A DNA stretch of 64,000 bases from Isosphaeraceae bacterium (lineage in GTDB: Bacteria; Planctomycetota; Planctomycetia; Isosphaerales; Isosphaeraceae), in the NCBI GenBank assembly GCA_965201075.1, contig CBDAVP010000016.1, positions 248,001-312,000 on the forward strand, given 5' to 3'. Positions 61,435-64,000 of this stretch are shown here, in pieces; positions within the stretch are counted from its first letter, which is position 1; every line of letters starts with the position of its first letter. A program made the position numbers and the translations under genes. Under the pieces are notes generated by a model. The model had not been told where the DNA came from. It worked only from the letters and a program-made list of their open reading frames with translations, and ran no database searches.

Positions 61435-63633
61435 ATGATTGCCTCATCCCTCCTCCGCCGACGCTGGGCGGTCGGCTGCGCCCTGGTTTTCTTGCCGATG
61501 GCCGCGGCGGTCGGGTCGGATCCGGCCCGTACGCAGGCCAACGTCCCGGTCGAGATTTCGTTCACGGCTCAGGTGGACCACAAGGACCCGTCCAACGCGA
61601 CGACTCTCGACGTGGTATTCCGAGGCCCATCCGGTCGAGAGGCCCGCGTCCCGGCCTTCTGGGCGGGCGGCTCGACCTGGAAGGCTCGGTATGCCTCGGG
61701 CGAGGTCGGCCGCCACCTGTATCATTCCTCGTGCAATTTCGAGGGGGATGCCGGCCTGCACAAGGTGGAAGGCGTCGTCGAGGTTGCTCCCTACGTCGGT
61801 GAGAACCCTCTCTTCCGCCACGGGCCGGTGCGCGTGGCCGACGACCGCCGTCACATGGCCTACGCCGACGGCACGCCGTTCTTCTGGCTGGGCGACACCT
61901 GGTGGATGGGTCTGGCGCATCGCCTCCACTTCCCCGACGAGTTCGGCAAGCTGGCGGCCGACCGCAAGGCCAAGGGGTTCAACGTCGTCCAGATCGTCGC
62001 GGGGCTCTATCCCGACATGCCCCCGTTCGACCCCCGAGGCGCGAACGAGGCGGGGTTCCCCTGGGAGCCGGAATTCGCTCGCATCCGCCCGGAATACTTT
62101 GACGCCGCCGACCGACGGTTGCAGCACCTTGTCGACCAGGGCATCACGCCTTGCCTGGTCGGCGCCTGGGGCTATTTCCTGCCGAGGATGGGCGTCGAGA
62201 AGGTCGAGCGGCACTGGCGGAACCTGATCGCCCGGTACGGTGCCTACCCCATCGTGTGGTGCATTGCCGGAGAGGCCAACCTTCCCTATTACCAGGACAA
62301 GGGTTTTCCATTCGACGACCGCGAGCAGGTCCACGGCTGGACCAAGGTGATGGCCTACGTTCGCCAGAACGACCCGTATCGCCGTCCCTTGACGATTCAC
62401 CCAACGGCCATCAACCAGTACACGGCCCGTCACGCCACCGACGACCCGTCGCTGCTGGATTTCGACATGCTCCAAACGCCTCACGGCCGTCGAGAGGTGG
62501 TCCCCATTACCTTGAAGGCCGCCCGCGACTCTTACAATGCGTCTCCGACGATGCCGGTCATCGACGGCGAGGCGGCCTACGAGATGCTCTCGCAGGTCAT
62601 CCCCGCCGCCGCGACCCGATCCATGTTCTGGACGTGCATGGCCAGTGGCGCCGCGGGCCACACCTATGGGGCCAACGGCATCTGGCAGAACAATCGGAAG
62701 GGAGACCCTCACGGCAATTCACCGACCGGCGGAACCTACGGAACGATCTCCTGGGATGAGGCGATGGTTTTGCCGGGTTCCTCACAGATCGCCGCCGGCA
62801 AGCGGTTCCTGGAAGGGTACGACTGGCCGCACTCGTCGCCGCACCCCGAATGGGTCGCCTGGGACGACTCGGCGATGCCCACCCCGCCACCGCTGGGCCA
62901 CTGGATCTGGACCTCGGGCAGCGACGCCACCCAGGACGCCCTGGTCGCTCCCCGTTTCTTCCGCACCACTTTCGACCTACCCGCCGACGCGAAGGTCCAG
63001 AGCGCAAGGTTGAGGGCTGGGGCGGACAACAGTTACAAGGCCTGGATCAATGGGCAGGAGGTGGGATCGGGGACCGCCTGGCTAGAGATGGATGCGGTGG
63101 ACGTGGCCAAGGCTATTCGGCCGGGCCACAACGTGCTGGCCATCCGCGCTGAGAACGCCCCTGGGCCGGTGAACCACAACCCTGCTGGGTTGATCGGTGG
63201 GCTTGAGGTGGTGGTCGAGGGCCATAAACCCATTTTGATCGCGTCTGGGGAGCACTGGCGGGCGAATCACGCCGAGGCCGCGGGTTGGCTCGATGTCGAC
63301 TTCGCCGATGCCTCCTGGCCGACGGCGGTGGATCTCGGAGCGCCCGGAATCGCCCCGTGGGGAGAACTTCGGGCACCCGAGGCGCAACCGCCTCTGGCGA
63401 TGGGCGTTTCGGATGGGTTCCGCGTGTTCTACATGCTCGACCCCAAGCCGGTGAAACTCCAGGGACTGAAGGCCGGCCGATCGTACCGCGTCGTGGAATT
63501 CGACCCGGAGGCTGGCAAAAGCCGAGAGGCCGGCTCGATCCAGGCCGATGCCAACGGAGTCGGCCGCCATCCGGCCCCCGCCCACGGTCATGACTGGGTT
63601 CTGGGCCTCATCCCGACGGAATCCGCTCGCTAG
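61435..63633 (+). CDS. Secreted DUF5060/DUF4038 (apiosidase-like) putative glycoside hydrolase with inserted beta-sandwich
   Basis: Signal peptide; PAFWAGGSTWKARY; DGTPFFWLGDTWW; KGFNVVQ; ARYGAY; GEA.YE; GHTYGA. Confidence 0.8.
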   Translation: MIASSLLRRRWAVGCALVFLPMAAAVGSDPARTQANVPVEISFTAQVDHKDPSNATTLDVVFRGPSGREARVPAFWAGGSTWKARYASGEVGRHLYHSSCNFEGDAGLHKVEGVVEVAPYVGENPLFRHGPVRVADDRRHMAYADGTPFFWLGDTWWMGLAHRLHFPDEFGKLAADRKAKGFNVVQIVAGLYPDMPPFDPRGANEAGFPWEPEFARIRPEYFDAADRRLQHLVDQGITPCLVGAWGYFLPRMGVEKVERHWRNLIARYGAYPIVWCIAGEANLPYYQDKGFPFDDREQVHGWTKVMAYVRQNDPYRRPLTIHPTAINQYTARHATDDPSLLDFDMLQTPHGRREVVPITLKAARDSYNASPTMPVIDGEAAYEMLSQVIPAAATRSMFWTCMASGAAGHTYGANGIWQNNRKGDPHGNSPTGGTYGTISWDEAMVLPGSSQIAAGKRFLEGYDWPHSSPHPEWVAWDDSAMPTPPPLGHWIWTSGSDATQDALVAPRFFRTTFDLPADAKVQSARLRAGADNSYKAWINGQEVGSGTAWLEMDAVDVAKAIRPGHNVLAIRAENAPGPVNHNPAGLIGGLEVVVEGHKPILIASGEHWRANHAEAAGWLDVDFADASWPTAVDLGAPGIAPWGELRAPEAQPPLAMGVSDGFRVFYMLDPKPVKLQGLKAGRSYRVVEFDPEAGKSREAGSIQADANGVGRHPAPAHGHDWVLGLIPTESAR

Positions 63634-63658
63634 AACTTGGAAGATGTCGAAACAACGT

Positions 63659-63693
63659 CGCGTCCCAGGCCACAGGATCGGGCCTGGGACGCG
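63659..63693. terminator. 13-bp perfect hairpin after the last CDS
   Basis: CGCGTCCCAGGCC-N9-GGCCTGGGACGCG; no U-tract. Confidence 0.45.
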
Positions 63694-63809
63694 CTGGTCC
63701 ATGTCCACGCAAGGGTTTGGGCACTCTCCATTCCTGACGCCTCTGCCGGTCGGTGACGCAAGTTCTCGAGTGAGCTACGCATTCGACTTTTCCGCCGACA
63801 TGGTCCGGC

Positions 63810-63838
63810 TTGACGGCCGAAGTCCCATGCGATAGGTT
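63810..63838 (+). promoter_or_regulatory. Putative sigma-70 promoter of the tRNA, TTGACG-N17-TAGGTT
   Basis: 17-bp spacing; ends 18 bp before the tRNA. Confidence 0.55.
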
Positions 63839-63856
63839 AGTCCCTCCGCACAAGTC

Positions 63857-63930
63857 GGGCGATTAGCTCAGTTGGCTAGAGCACCAGCTCGACACGCTGG
63901 GGGTCGCAGGTTCAAGTCCTGCATCGCCCA
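63857..63930 (+). tRNA. tRNA-Val(GAC), CCA not encoded
   Basis: Acceptor GGGCGAT/ATCGCCC+A; D arm GCTC..GAGC; anticodon arm CCAGC-TCGACAC-GCTGG; T arm GCAGG-TTCAAGT-CCTGC. Confidence 0.95.
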
Positions 63931-64000
63931 TATTTACGAGATAACGACTTAGGTCGATCCTACAATTCCCCCCGATGGCAGTGGCAGAGTTCACCGGCAG

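Overview
GC-rich bacterial chromosomal segment, very likely a planctomycete (Isosphaeraceae-like). This is inferred from a DUF1559 prepilin-type gene, an 'RRFRPxxxxLExxRLL' export motif, a planctomycete-type rpoZ and a long Pro-rich SecG. It is mostly housekeeping and metabolism: an RND efflux pair, glgC, a Ser/Thr kinase, accA, a GT4/FkbM surface-glycan cluster, an S46 peptidase, adk, aroF-tpiA-secG-yicC-gmk-rpoZ-ftsK, mlaEFD, apbE-doxX-oxidoreductase, dnaK/clpB, glmS, a glgE-(mak::glgB)-treZ-glgM alpha-glucan cluster and tRNA-Val(GAC). The most interesting structures read directly from the sequence are: (1) an IS701-like element with an extra outer left end, where a 7-bp target duplication brackets a 2406-bp unit carrying a lower-GC LRR passenger gene; (2) a secreted His/CxxC mini-protein ending in RAPP (candidate ribosome-arrest leader) upstream of a DUF1559 gene and an ApbE-DoxX-oxidoreductase module; (3) two paralogous uncharacterised small proteins flanking a Uma2 nuclease between dnaK and clpB, behind a consensus sigma-54 promoter with two upstream palindromes; (4) heavily deleted gene remnants (FkbM, PEP-CTERM). 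All family calls come from motif recognition by eye; no database searches were run.
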